The notes beneath the pieces are model-generated. The model ran no database searches and had not been told where the DNA came from. It worked only from the letters and a program-made list of their open reading frames with translations. Below are positions 51,474-60,651 of a stretch of DNA of 64,000 bases, piece by piece. Source of the stretch: Acidobacteriota bacterium (GTDB lineage Bacteria; Acidobacteriota; UBA890; WLXD01); contig CAXWPH010000015.1 of NCBI GenBank assembly GCA_963666055.2, positions 1,024,001 through 1,088,000 of the forward strand. The letters run 5' to 3'. Position 1 is the first letter of the stretch. The number at the start of each line of letters is the position of its first letter. The position numbers and the translations under genes were made by a program.

Positions 51474-53684
51474 ATGGATAGAGACTTGGATTCTGCGCGT
51501 TTCAAGGCGCTCGCGCTGACGGCGGCGTGCCTTTGCCTGTCGAGCGTCGCCGTTGCTGGTTCGCATGCTGAGGCCCGGCACCCGCTGCTGCAGGAGCCGA
51601 CGCAGTCGGGGCAAACCCCGACGTTCCGCTCCGCCGTCACTCGCGTCCGCGTCGACACGTTGGTCACCGACGGCGACGGCAACTTCATCGACAACCTGAC
51701 AACGGAGGATTTCCGCCTGCTCGAAGACGGGGTCGTGCAGGAGATTACCGGCGTTCAACTGGTCCGCGTGGAGAGTGGACGGGTCACGAGCGTCGGCTCC
51801 CGTGGCTCGAGTGGGCCGGCTCCCGAGATGTGGAGCGCTGCCACCCTCGGGGCGATCGTCTACTTCGTCGATCAGCCGAGCCTCGATCGGTCCGCTCATC
51901 CAAAGCTGTCGCAGGCGTTCCGAGATCTGTTCGAGGGAGAGGGGGATCTGGCGATCCCGCGCGGCGTGTTCATGCTCGGCGACGGCGGCATGCTGCGCCA
52001 GCTGGCACCGTTGACGACCGATCGAGATGCGTTGCGGAACGCTGCTCGCCTGGTGATCGACGCCGGGCCGTCGAGCGACTCGATCTTCGATCGCATGAGC
52101 CGCGAGTACGCCCCCATGATGAAGATGGCGCTCGATGTACTGAACTCCCCCGGAAGTTCGCCGTTGAAACTCCGCGAAGTGGTCCACAGCGTGGAGCGAA
52201 AGGCGAAGAGGGATGGCGAGCTGGCGCGACAGCGCCTCGGACACACGTTGCGTCAGCTCACCGAGCTTACCCATGCTCTTTCGGTCATGGAGGGCCGGAC
52301 GGCCCTGGTGTGGATCTCGTCGGGCGCCATGATCACCGAAAGCGGACCCTTCGGCGCCTTCGCCGTGGCAGTGCAAGAGACCGTGGCCGCGAACATGGGC
52401 GGCTCGAACCTCACCTGGTCATCGCCCGACCCGAGGGTGCTCGAAATGATGGCCACTCTGGTCGAGGCCGCCAACAGCGGCAACGTCAGCATCTACACCA
52501 TCGACCCCCGACCGATCTCGGAGCTCGGCGCGCTGGGCACCCGGGCAGCGGTCGGAGACAACCAGGTGGCCAGGGCGCTGCGCCGAAACATACGCCCGGC
52601 GTACGCTCAGTTGACGGCTCCACTGACGGAGGTAGCGGCTAGCACGGGAGGCCGATCGTTTATCGGCTGGGCTCAGCTCGACCAAGCCTTCCAGGAGCAG
52701 TACGTCGACTCGACGCAGTTCTACACGATCTTCTACCAGCCGCCGGGGCCTCACGAGGACGGCGAGTACCATGAGATCCAGGTCCAGGTCGACGTTCCGG
52801 GCGTCGAAGTGCGGGCGCGCCCGGGGTACCGGGAGCTGCCGGCTTCGGCACGGCTCAGGCGCAAGGTCACCGCGGCACTGGCGTTTCCGGAGTCCGTGGC
52901 GGGTCGACCTGTGCCAGCGCAAGCGTTCCATCGATTCGCCTCAGACGGCTCTTCGAGCATCCTACTGGTCATCGGGTTGCCGGGACAGGAGGAAACGGTT
53001 CTCGGCAGCTGGGCGCCCGCCTTCAGGACCGTCGACGCCCAAGCGGGGATGGACGAGCAGGCGATTCAGCGACTCGGTATCTCGCGCTTCGAGGTGCACG
53101 CCGTCGCCTTGAGTAGCGACGGTGAGCTGGGCGGACAGATCCATACGACAGTGACACCTGATGCCGCGGCGGGACCGCAGCCCACAGCGACCCCGGCACG
53201 ATTCTCTAACTACGTGAGGGAAATGCGGGTGGACCCGGGTGTCTATGACGTGCGCATGTTCGTCAGCGAGGTAGCGGGCGATCGCATCGGCACCGCCAGG
53301 CTAGAGGTCGAGGTGCCGCCTAGCCAGGATCGCTGGCTCATCGCCGACCCCATGCTCGTTGCCGTGGACACCGAAGCCAGGATACTCCGGCCGCTGCTGA
53401 CCTCGGCCGTTCGTGCCGGCCTTCAGCTTGCCACGAGCGTGCAGGTCAGTGGCGCGGCCAGCCCGCAGGTCGCGCTCACGGTTCGTCGCCAGGGGATCGA
53501 CGCACCCATCGCAGAGGTTTCGCCAACCGCCCTGCCGCTCGTATATCCGGGTATCCATGGGGGTATTGTGCCGTTGCCCTATCTGGACCCGGGTCAGTAC
53601 CTGGTCGAGCTGAAGATCGTCGATGTGGCAGCGGAACAACAGGCAGTGCGCCTGTTCTCCCTGCGGGTAACGGAGACCGGGTGA
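51474..53684 (+). CDS. Acidobacterial VWA-domain protein
   Basis: PTFRSAVTRVRVDTLVTD..DFRLLEDG, GRTALVWIS, STGG, DGEYHEI, RARPGY. Confidence 0.85.
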   Translation: MDRDLDSARFKALALTAACLCLSSVAVAGSHAEARHPLLQEPTQSGQTPTFRSAVTRVRVDTLVTDGDGNFIDNLTTEDFRLLEDGVVQEITGVQLVRVESGRVTSVGSRGSSGPAPEMWSAATLGAIVYFVDQPSLDRSAHPKLSQAFRDLFEGEGDLAIPRGVFMLGDGGMLRQLAPLTTDRDALRNAARLVIDAGPSSDSIFDRMSREYAPMMKMALDVLNSPGSSPLKLREVVHSVERKAKRDGELARQRLGHTLRQLTELTHALSVMEGRTALVWISSGAMITESGPFGAFAVAVQETVAANMGGSNLTWSSPDPRVLEMMATLVEAANSGNVSIYTIDPRPISELGALGTRAAVGDNQVARALRRNIRPAYAQLTAPLTEVAASTGGRSFIGWAQLDQAFQEQYVDSTQFYTIFYQPPGPHEDGEYHEIQVQVDVPGVEVRARPGYRELPASARLRRKVTAALAFPESVAGRPVPAQAFHRFASDGSSSILLVIGLPGQEETVLGSWAPAFRTVDAQAGMDEQAIQRLGISRFEVHAVALSSDGELGGQIHTTVTPDAAAGPQPTATPARFSNYVREMRVDPGVYDVRMFVSEVAGDRIGTARLEVEVPPSQDRWLIADPMLVAVDTEARILRPLLTSAVRAGLQLATSVQVSGAASPQVALTVRRQGIDAPIAEVSPTALPLVYPGIHGGIVPLPYLDPGQYLVELKIVDVAAEQQAVRLFSLRVTETG

Positions 53685-53731
53685 TGGGCAGCTGAGTCTC
53701 GCGAGCCGCGCCACGCGTTCCGCGTAGTTTA

Positions 53732-54604
53732 GTGGCGCCCCCCACTGAAGGAGCATCAAAGGTGAGTCAAGCGATTCGGTCGAAGCTTGCAGTTCATCAC
53801 GTCTTCGCAGATGCGTCCGTGCCCTTGCTGCTCATGGCAGTGGCGGTGACGATGATCGCCTGCAGCCCGACAGGCCAGCCATCGACATCGGAAGAGCCCA
53901 CTTCAGCGTCGCCACGGGATTCGGTCGTGACGGTGTTAGATCGCTCCGTCCTCGATGACCCTACGCGCCCCGATGCCGACCGCACCGAGGATAACGACCG
54001 CAAAGCGATCGATGTCTACGAGTGGCTGGGCATGCAGCCAGGCATGACGGTTGCAGATCTGTGGCCTGCCGAGGGTTACAACACTCACTTGATGTCACGC
54101 TTGATGGGCGCTGACGGGCACGTGTTGAGTGTCCTGGGTTTCTTCGGTCTGGACACCGACTACTCCACCAGGGAAGGCCTGCAGCAGCGTATCCAGGACC
54201 ATGGCCTGAGCAACGTCGAGCTACTCGACAAGCTTGCGGATATGAAATCGGAGAGCGTCGACGTGATGGTCGCGGTGCGCAACTATCACGATCTCGGGAC
54301 CGTCCCTGGCCCCTCGCGCCCCGAGGCAGTGGCCGAGATGCACCGAGCCCTGAAGCCGGGTGGAGTCGTGGGCATCGTCGAGGCAGCCAGCGACAAGCCG
54401 GGATGGGACCCGGAGGCGCATCGCCTCAACGAGCAGACCGTAATCGACGAGTTCACCGCCGGGGGCTTTGAGCTCTCAGGGCGTTCCGCCATGCTGGCGA
54501 ACCCAGCGGACGACCGTAGCGCCTCCGGCTTCGAGGAGGGCACCTACGACGGCCGCTACGACACCGATCGCTACCTGTTGAAGTTCACCAAGCCGACCAG
54601 CTGA
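53732..54604 (+). CDS. Class I SAM-dependent methyltransferase, lipoprotein (start uncertain)
   Basis: GMQPGMTVAD, RNYHD, ALKPGGVVGIVE, LANPADD, TDRYLLKF. Confidence 0.85.
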   Translation: MAPPTEGASKVSQAIRSKLAVHHVFADASVPLLLMAVAVTMIACSPTGQPSTSEEPTSASPRDSVVTVLDRSVLDDPTRPDADRTEDNDRKAIDVYEWLGMQPGMTVADLWPAEGYNTHLMSRLMGADGHVLSVLGFFGLDTDYSTREGLQQRIQDHGLSNVELLDKLADMKSESVDVMVAVRNYHDLGTVPGPSRPEAVAEMHRALKPGGVVGIVEAASDKPGWDPEAHRLNEQTVIDEFTAGGFELSGRSAMLANPADDRSASGFEEGTYDGRYDTDRYLLKFTKPTS

Positions 54605-54622
54605 AGCGGCTCGTGCCGACGG
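54599..54622 (+). repeat. Minimal kinase-tail repeat
   Basis: AGCTGAAGCGGCTCGTGCCGACGG; it supplies the TGA stop of the methyltransferase. Confidence 0.88.
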
Positions 54623-54906
54623 GAAGGCTCGCGCGCACATCTTCGACCGCCGATTCGGGATGGCCCAATGAGCGTAGACCCTTGATGATATGGCCGAGGT
54701 ATCTGTCGGAGGGCGCTTGATAGAGCTTCGGGTTCGGAACGACGTAAACCTCGGCGTCGAGCCGGTCCCTACGAGCTCATCAAGCCGCTCGGTACCGGCG
54801 GAGCACAAGTTGCTGGTAGAGTCCGAGAGTCGAACCACCGGCTTCGGCAGACTCCCGATCGCCTATTATCCGTTGCGCCCGTCGGGCGAAACGACAGGGG
54901 AGTGAC

Positions 54907-55545
54907 ATGAGAGTTCTATTGGCAACCGCGCTGATCCTGGCGCTGCCTACGGTGGCGCCGGCGGCGCTCAGCCAGCTTCCGAAGGACGGCGCCGAGGCGA
55001 TGGCGTACTACGAAAGCGATCCCGACGACTGGCTGGATGGTCCGGTGGAGTACCTGATCCTCGACGAGGAGCGCGAGGTGTGGAAGGAGCTACGGACCTC
55101 CGACCAGCGCGCCTCCTTCATCACCCGTTTCTGGGATCGTCGTGACATCGATCTGCGGGTACAGGGAAACCCGTTCAAGGGCGCATTCTACGAGCGCGTC
55201 GCCTACGCCAACCGCAGGTTCCGGGACACGCGGTTTCGCGGCTGGAGGTCCGACCGCGGCCGCATCGCGGTGACGCTCGGGGTGCCTGATGGCGAGCGGC
55301 CCATCCGCGCTGGCACTGTGCTCATCTGGACATACCTCACGATCGGCGCTCATGCCGAGGAGAAGGGCTTCAGTAGCGTTAGCGGCCGAGTGGAGATCGC
55401 CTTCGAGGCGGACGAGCTCAGGCCCAACAACTACGCGATCGCCGGCTCGCTGGGCACCGGGATCTACCCTGCGTACGTGCTCCGTGCGCTCGAATACAGC
55501 CGCCATGCCGCGGTCGGCGAGGCGACGAACCGCCCCGTCTCCTGA
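54907..55545 (+). CDS. GWxTD domain protein
   Basis: WLDGPVEYL, FWDRRD, RVAYANRRF, GWRSDRGRI. Confidence 0.88.
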   Translation: MRVLLATALILALPTVAPAALSQLPKDGAEAMAYYESDPDDWLDGPVEYLILDEEREVWKELRTSDQRASFITRFWDRRDIDLRVQGNPFKGAFYERVAYANRRFRDTRFRGWRSDRGRIAVTLGVPDGERPIRAGTVLIWTYLTIGAHAEEKGFSSVSGRVEIAFEADELRPNNYAIAGSLGTGIYPAYVLRALEYSRHAAVGEATNRPVS

Positions 55546-55614
55546 GGGTTCGGCTTGGCGCGCAGATAGGGAATCTCGGCGGTAGTCGCTGACGCTGCCA
55601 CGCCAGACCGGGAT

Positions 55615-55636
55615 CGAGCTGAAGCGGCTCGTGCCG
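55615..55636 (+). repeat. Minimal kinase-tail repeat
   Basis: CGAGCTGAAGCGGCTCGTGCCG. Confidence 0.85.
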
Positions 55637-55664
55637 CAGCAACGCCTGCCTGTAAACTCGAGCC

Positions 55665-56285
55665 ATGATCAAGGAACCGGTGCGCCCAGCAGATAAGCGC
55701 AAGATCCGCGTCATCGCCTGCGGCATGATTGCCCGTGAAGTCATGGCGGTAAACGCGCAGTTGGGTTTTGACTATGTCGACCTGAAGTGCCTGCCGGCGG
55801 ACTATCACTATCATCCGGAAAAAATTGCCCCGGCTATGGACATCGCGATTCACAAGGCGCGTGCTGATGGGTATCAACATGTATTCGTCGGCTACGCCGA
55901 CTGCGGTACCTGCGGCGAGCTGGATGAAGTGTGCGAAAAGCATGGTGTGTCACGCATAGAAGGGCCGCATTGCTTTTCGTTCTACATGGGCAATCAAGCC
56001 TTCAAAGAAGCAGACGGTGCCTATCTGACGACATTCTTCATCACAGATTTCTTGGCACGCCACTTCGATGCGTTCCTGAAGCGCCCACTGGGCCTCGACC
56101 GGCATCCGGAACTGTTGGAGATGTATTTCGGCAACTACACAAAGGCGCTCTACATCGCCCAGACCGATGATCCACAACTGGACGAGCGAGCGCGCGAAGC
56201 GGCAGAATTTCTAGGTCTCGAGTATGAACGACGCTTTACCGGCTACGGAGATCTGGTCCCGGCGCTGGCAGAAATCGCGCGCTAA
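55665..56285 (+). CDS. DUF1638 domain protein
   Basis: VIACG, YADCGT, GPHC, FFITDFLARHF, YFGNY; lower GC than its neighbours. Confidence 0.82.
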   Translation: MIKEPVRPADKRKIRVIACGMIAREVMAVNAQLGFDYVDLKCLPADYHYHPEKIAPAMDIAIHKARADGYQHVFVGYADCGTCGELDEVCEKHGVSRIEGPHCFSFYMGNQAFKEADGAYLTTFFITDFLARHFDAFLKRPLGLDRHPELLEMYFGNYTKALYIAQTDDPQLDERAREAAEFLGLEYERRFTGYGDLVPALAEIAR

Positions 56286-56432
56286 GAGCCGTGATGTCCT
56301 GAAGTCGAACTGGCTCGTGGATGCAGCTCGCTAGGTCTCCCGATGCATGGTAAGGGGACTGCGTGATCGCCTGCACGAGCAGTGAAGTCGTTTGAACCGG
56401 CTTCCCACGGAAGCCATACGGGAGAGAAGGCA

Positions 56433-57563
56433 ATGATCAGACCGGAGCGCTTCGGCGTGGCCCTAGTTCTCGCCGCTGGGCTGGCGTTGCTCCCCGCCTG
56501 CGTCGAAGAGGACCAGGCTGTGCCCCCGGCGGAAGCAACGATGGCGAAGGGTGGGGACGACCGGAGCGGAGACTACGAGGGCGTCGCAGACTGGTGGAAG
56601 GCGGCGCCGAACCATGACGAGACCTGGCACTGGGGGCAGGTCTCGGGAGTCGCGGTGGACAACCCGGATCGGATCTTCGCGGTGACGTGGGGGGATATGA
56701 ACGACGCCGGGGAGGTGAGACTGCCCCGCTCGAACGCCATCGTGGTCGCCGATCGGAACGGCAACATCACGGAGGTCTGGACGCAGTGGGACTCGATCCT
56801 CAACTGGCCCCACCAGATCTACGTGAATCCCTACGATCCCGAGCGCCACGTCTGGGTGGTCGAGCGCGGCGGCGGCGGGCCTTACATGCAGGTCCTCAAG
56901 TTCACCAACGACGGAAAAGAGTTGGTGCTGCGGATCGGCGACACACCGATCCCACAGACCCGCGAAGAGGCACGGGCGAACAAGAACCCCGGTCCCTACA
57001 ACTACGGCCAGCCGGCGGTGCTGGCCTTTTTCCCGAACGGTGACTTCCTGCTTGGCGACGGCTACTGGAACTCCCGCGTCGTCAGGTACAACGAGCAGGG
57101 CGAGTACATCATGGAATGGGGGGAGAACGGGACCGGCCCTGGACAGTTCAACACCGTTCACGGGCTTGCCATAGACAAGGATCGCCGCGTCTGCGTCGTC
57201 GACCGGGCCAACAGTCGCATCCAGGTCTTCACGGAGAACGGCGAGTTCATCGAAGAGTGGCCCAACATCGTGAGCCCGGCCGGCATCTTTATCGATGAGA
57301 GCAACAGCGTCTGGGTGGTGGAACGTGTCCTCAACCGGATTATCAAGTACGACCGGGACGGCCACCTCCTGTATCACTGGGGCACGTACGGCGGAACGTC
57401 GGGCGGCTTTGCCGGTGGTCTGATGCGTCCGCACCAGATGGACGTGGACCAGGAGGGCAACGTCTATATCGCCAACTTCGACGGGGAGTCCGTGGCCAAG
57501 TTCGTACCGAAGCCCGGCGCCGATCCGAGCAAGCTGGTCGGCCAGCCACTCCTCCTTGAGTAG
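56433..57563 (+). CDS. NHL-repeat lipoprotein
   Basis: Lipobox-like LPAC; GPGQFNTVHGLAID, DRANSRIQVF. Confidence 0.85.
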   Translation: MIRPERFGVALVLAAGLALLPACVEEDQAVPPAEATMAKGGDDRSGDYEGVADWWKAAPNHDETWHWGQVSGVAVDNPDRIFAVTWGDMNDAGEVRLPRSNAIVVADRNGNITEVWTQWDSILNWPHQIYVNPYDPERHVWVVERGGGGPYMQVLKFTNDGKELVLRIGDTPIPQTREEARANKNPGPYNYGQPAVLAFFPNGDFLLGDGYWNSRVVRYNEQGEYIMEWGENGTGPGQFNTVHGLAIDKDRRVCVVDRANSRIQVFTENGEFIEEWPNIVSPAGIFIDESNSVWVVERVLNRIIKYDRDGHLLYHWGTYGGTSGGFAGGLMRPHQMDVDQEGNVYIANFDGESVAKFVPKPGADPSKLVGQPLLLE

Positions 57564-57581
57564 TGGCGCCAGACGAGGCGA

Positions 57582-58679
57582 TCAGCCTATGGCCTCCTCG
57601 TACACGCGGTAGAGGTTGCGCCCCATGATCTTCTCGATCTGATCCTCCGAGTAGCCCCGATCGACTAGCCCGTGCCAGACGACCTCCATGCGGCGCGGGC
57701 CGTTGAGCTCGTCGATGAAGTAGGGCAGCTCGCTGCTGGTGACCTGGCTCCCCTCCTCGGCCCTGAGCTCGGCCTCGTACTCTGGGGTCATCTCGATGAC
57801 GCGATGGTCGCGGTCGCTGCCGATGCACACGTGATCGACGCCGGCCACCTGGGCGGCGTGGTCGATGTGGTCGAAATAGGTGTGCAGGTTGTCCTGCTTC
57901 TTCAACGTCAGGAAGGGGCGTAGCTGACAAACTCCCACCAGGCCACCGTGCTCGGCGAGCAGGCGGAGGTTGGCGTCGGTGGTATTGCGTTCATGTGGGT
58001 GCACGGCGTTGCAGGCGGTGTGGGAGATGATCACCGGCCGGCTCGAATAGGCGATCGTGTCGGCCATCGTCTGCATGTTGGCGTGCGAAAGGTCCACCAG
58101 CATGCCGATGTCGTTCATGCGGGTGACCATCTCGCGTCCGAACTCGGTCAGGCCGCCCTCGTCGCCAGCCGCCCGGCAGCCGACGCCGGCGAGGTTGCGC
58201 TCGTTGTAGGTGACCTGACAGCTCGTCAGGCCGAGCCGATGGAACATCTCCACGCGGTCCAGGTCATCGTCGAACTGGGTCGCATTCTGGTACAGGTAGA
58301 AGACGGCCATACGCCCGGAGCCACGCGCCTCGTCGATGTGGGCGACGGACGTTGCCTTGACGAACAGGTCGGGGTGGGTTGCGAGGTAGCGGTCGTATTC
58401 CATCAGGCCGTCGACGGCGAGCTCCAGAGCCTCCGCCCCCTCGGCTTTCGGATCGCAGAGCGTCACCGTGATGGAGTCCATCCCGCTGGCCAGCATTTCT
58501 CGAACCAAGGGCGGCTCGTAGATCGTACGCAGCTCGCCCATCGCGTCCATGATCAAGGCGCTGGGGTTGGGCGGCCCCGAGAAATAGGGCGCGCTGCCCG
58601 CACCGAGGGTCGCGCCGGGTCCGAGCCAACCAACTGCGGCCGCGGCACCCGCGTGCTTCAGGATTGCTCGTCGGTTCAT
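57582..58679 (-). CDS. Membrane (M19) dipeptidase, Tat signal
   Basis: MNRRAILK, VDLSHA, ISHTAC, HVCIGSD, GRNLYRV. Confidence 0.88.
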   Translation of the reverse strand: MNRRAILKHAGAAAAVGWLGPGATLGAGSAPYFSGPPNPSALIMDAMGELRTIYEPPLVREMLASGMDSITVTLCDPKAEGAEALELAVDGLMEYDRYLATHPDLFVKATSVAHIDEARGSGRMAVFYLYQNATQFDDDLDRVEMFHRLGLTSCQVTYNERNLAGVGCRAAGDEGGLTEFGREMVTRMNDIGMLVDLSHANMQTMADTIAYSSRPVIISHTACNAVHPHERNTTDANLRLLAEHGGLVGVCQLRPFLTLKKQDNLHTYFDHIDHAAQVAGVDHVCIGSDRDHRVIEMTPEYEAELRAEEGSQVTSSELPYFIDELNGPRRMEVVWHGLVDRGYSEDQIEKIMGRNLYRVYEEAIG

Positions 58680-58681
58680 GC

Positions 58682-58745
58682 TCTCTCCTTGCCTCCACTT
58701 CGCAAGACCCTGTCGCCAGACCCACCACACTTTCACCACGGCCTG
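58682..58745 (-). repeat. IS5-like/MITE left end (~64 bp)
   Basis: Reverse complement of 48290-48353; followed by CTAG. Confidence 0.9.
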
Positions 58746-58834
58746 CTAGGGTCGTCGGATGAGGAGTGTACGCTTTCCGTCGCGCCACCTTCGAGTCGAT
58801 GTTGGCGCGTGTCGCAAGCTCCGGAGTGCTCCAT

Positions 58835-58854
58835 CACACTTTCACCACGGCCTG
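58835..58854 (-). repeat. IS5-like terminal repeat (20 bp)
   Basis: CACACTTTCACCACGGCCTG|CTAG. Confidence 0.8.
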
Positions 58855-58926
58855 CTAGTATTCGCTGGATGCGAGCTAACGTAGAAGAGTCGACGCAGAA
58901 AGGATGGGCTCCATGAGTGATGCCGC

Positions 58927-60585
58927 ATGAGACGACGCGATCTGCTCAAGCTCGGTGCCGCCGCAGGCGTCGGGGCCACACTCCCGATCGGCTGCGGGGC
59001 GCCCGGGACAGGCACGGGGCCGGCTGGCGGCGGCGGACGCTGGGCGCGGGACCTGGCGGTTGTCAACGGCAGCGTCGTGACCCTGGAGACAGACCAACCG
59101 CGCGCCGAGGCAGTACTCGTACGCGGTGGCCGCATCGCGCTGGTCGGCAGCAACGAGGCGGTGAGCGCCGCCGCCGGGGCAGCCCCCGTCTTCGACGCCG
59201 GCGGGCGTGGGGTCGTTCCCGGCTTCGTCGATGCCCACGTCCACTTCGAGATGGCGTGCAACGCGCGCGCCTATCAGGTCGCCTGCCACACGCCTCCGTT
59301 CACCAGCCTCCGCGAGATCAAGGCAGCGCTGCAGGCGAAAGCGGCGGAGAGTCCCGAGGGACGGTGGATCATCGGTCGGGGCTCGTTCGGCATGGCTGGC
59401 CGCGTCGAGGAGGGTCGGCTCCCCGATCGCCATGAGCTCGACGCCATCACCGAGGACCACCCCCTGATCCTCTACGCCGGCTTCCACGTCGGCATGGTGA
59501 ACACGCGTGGCCTGCGGGAGCTCGGTCTCTGGGACTCGGACGACGCGGCGCCCAGGGGGTCCATCGTGCATCGTGATCCTGGCGGAGCTCCGACAGGGAT
59601 CGCAACCGAGATCTGGACGTTGCCGCCCGCCTACACGGTCACAGAGGTCGAGGCAGCGCTCCGGGCTCACGCGTCGGAGCTCTTCGTGGCCAAGGGAATC
59701 ACCTCGATCCAGACGTTGCCGCTGGCCGGGACCGATCTTCTCGCCGACCAGGCGGTGCAGGCTTCCGGGGAGCTACCGATTCGCCTGCGCGCCTACTACC
59801 ACGTGCCGCACCTGTTCGGGATCGACGACTTCCTGGCGGTTGGGCTTCAGTCAGGGTTCGGCAACGACATGTTCCGCTTCGGTGGCATCAAGATCTTCGT
59901 CGACGGCGCCGGCAGCGATGGTCTGGGTCGCGCCTTTACCGACTTCAAGTGGACACAACAGGAGCTCGACGAGTTCGTGCTCCGCGCGCATACCGCCGGG
60001 GTGCAACTCATGATGCACGTGGTTACCGACCCGGGACATGTCGCCGCCGAGGCGGCCGTCGAGGCGGCGCTGCAACACGATCCGACGCCCATGCGCCACC
60101 GGCTCGAGCACGGTGGAGACGTCGAGGCGCTCGATCGCATCGAACGCCTTGCGGAGCTCGGCATCATCCCGATCATCACGCCACCCCAGCAGAGGGCAAC
60201 ACAGCCGCGCACAACGCCCCGCACAGTCCCGCGATACCGCACGCTCGTTCAGGAAGGGGTTCGCCCGGTGGCGGTCTCAGACGCCACCGGCACCGTGCCG
60301 ACCTTCAGTCCCATGGGGGCAATCGCCTCGTTGATGGCTTCGCCGGAGGACGGCGGTGGCACGCCGCCGGGCGAGGAGCTCAGCTTCGAGGACGCCCTGC
60401 GGATGCACACCATCTGGGCGGCGCGCGCTGGCTTCGAGGAGCGCGAGAAGGGCTCGATTGCGGTGGGCAAGCTCGGGGACTTCGCCGTGCTGTCGGCAGA
60501 CCCGACGCAGTTGCAGGGCGCCGAGATGTTCGACGTCGGTGTTGACGCCACCATCCTCGGTGGCGAGATCGTCTACGAGCGGTAG
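58927..60585 (+). CDS. Amidohydrolase 3 (YtcJ-like), Tat signal
   Basis: RRRDLLK, PGFVDAHVH, KIFVDG, RLEHG, GSIAVGKLGDF. Confidence 0.9.
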   Translation: MRRRDLLKLGAAAGVGATLPIGCGAPGTGTGPAGGGGRWARDLAVVNGSVVTLETDQPRAEAVLVRGGRIALVGSNEAVSAAAGAAPVFDAGGRGVVPGFVDAHVHFEMACNARAYQVACHTPPFTSLREIKAALQAKAAESPEGRWIIGRGSFGMAGRVEEGRLPDRHELDAITEDHPLILYAGFHVGMVNTRGLRELGLWDSDDAAPRGSIVHRDPGGAPTGIATEIWTLPPAYTVTEVEAALRAHASELFVAKGITSIQTLPLAGTDLLADQAVQASGELPIRLRAYYHVPHLFGIDDFLAVGLQSGFGNDMFRFGGIKIFVDGAGSDGLGRAFTDFKWTQQELDEFVLRAHTAGVQLMMHVVTDPGHVAAEAAVEAALQHDPTPMRHRLEHGGDVEALDRIERLAELGIIPIITPPQQRATQPRTTPRTVPRYRTLVQEGVRPVAVSDATGTVPTFSPMGAIASLMASPEDGGGTPPGEELSFEDALRMHTIWAARAGFEEREKGSIAVGKLGDFAVLSADPTQLQGAEMFDVGVDATILGGEIVYER

Positions 60586-60651
60586 CCTGAGTGCCGTCGG
60601 CCTAGATGCGCGAGGCCGACTCGTGCAACAACCTTGCCACCCCTCCTAATC

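Noticed and set aside
5038-55636. Kinase-tail repeats as a CRISPR array
   Set aside because: Spacing is 1-16 kb, lengths vary, the repeat is protein-coding and no cas genes are present.
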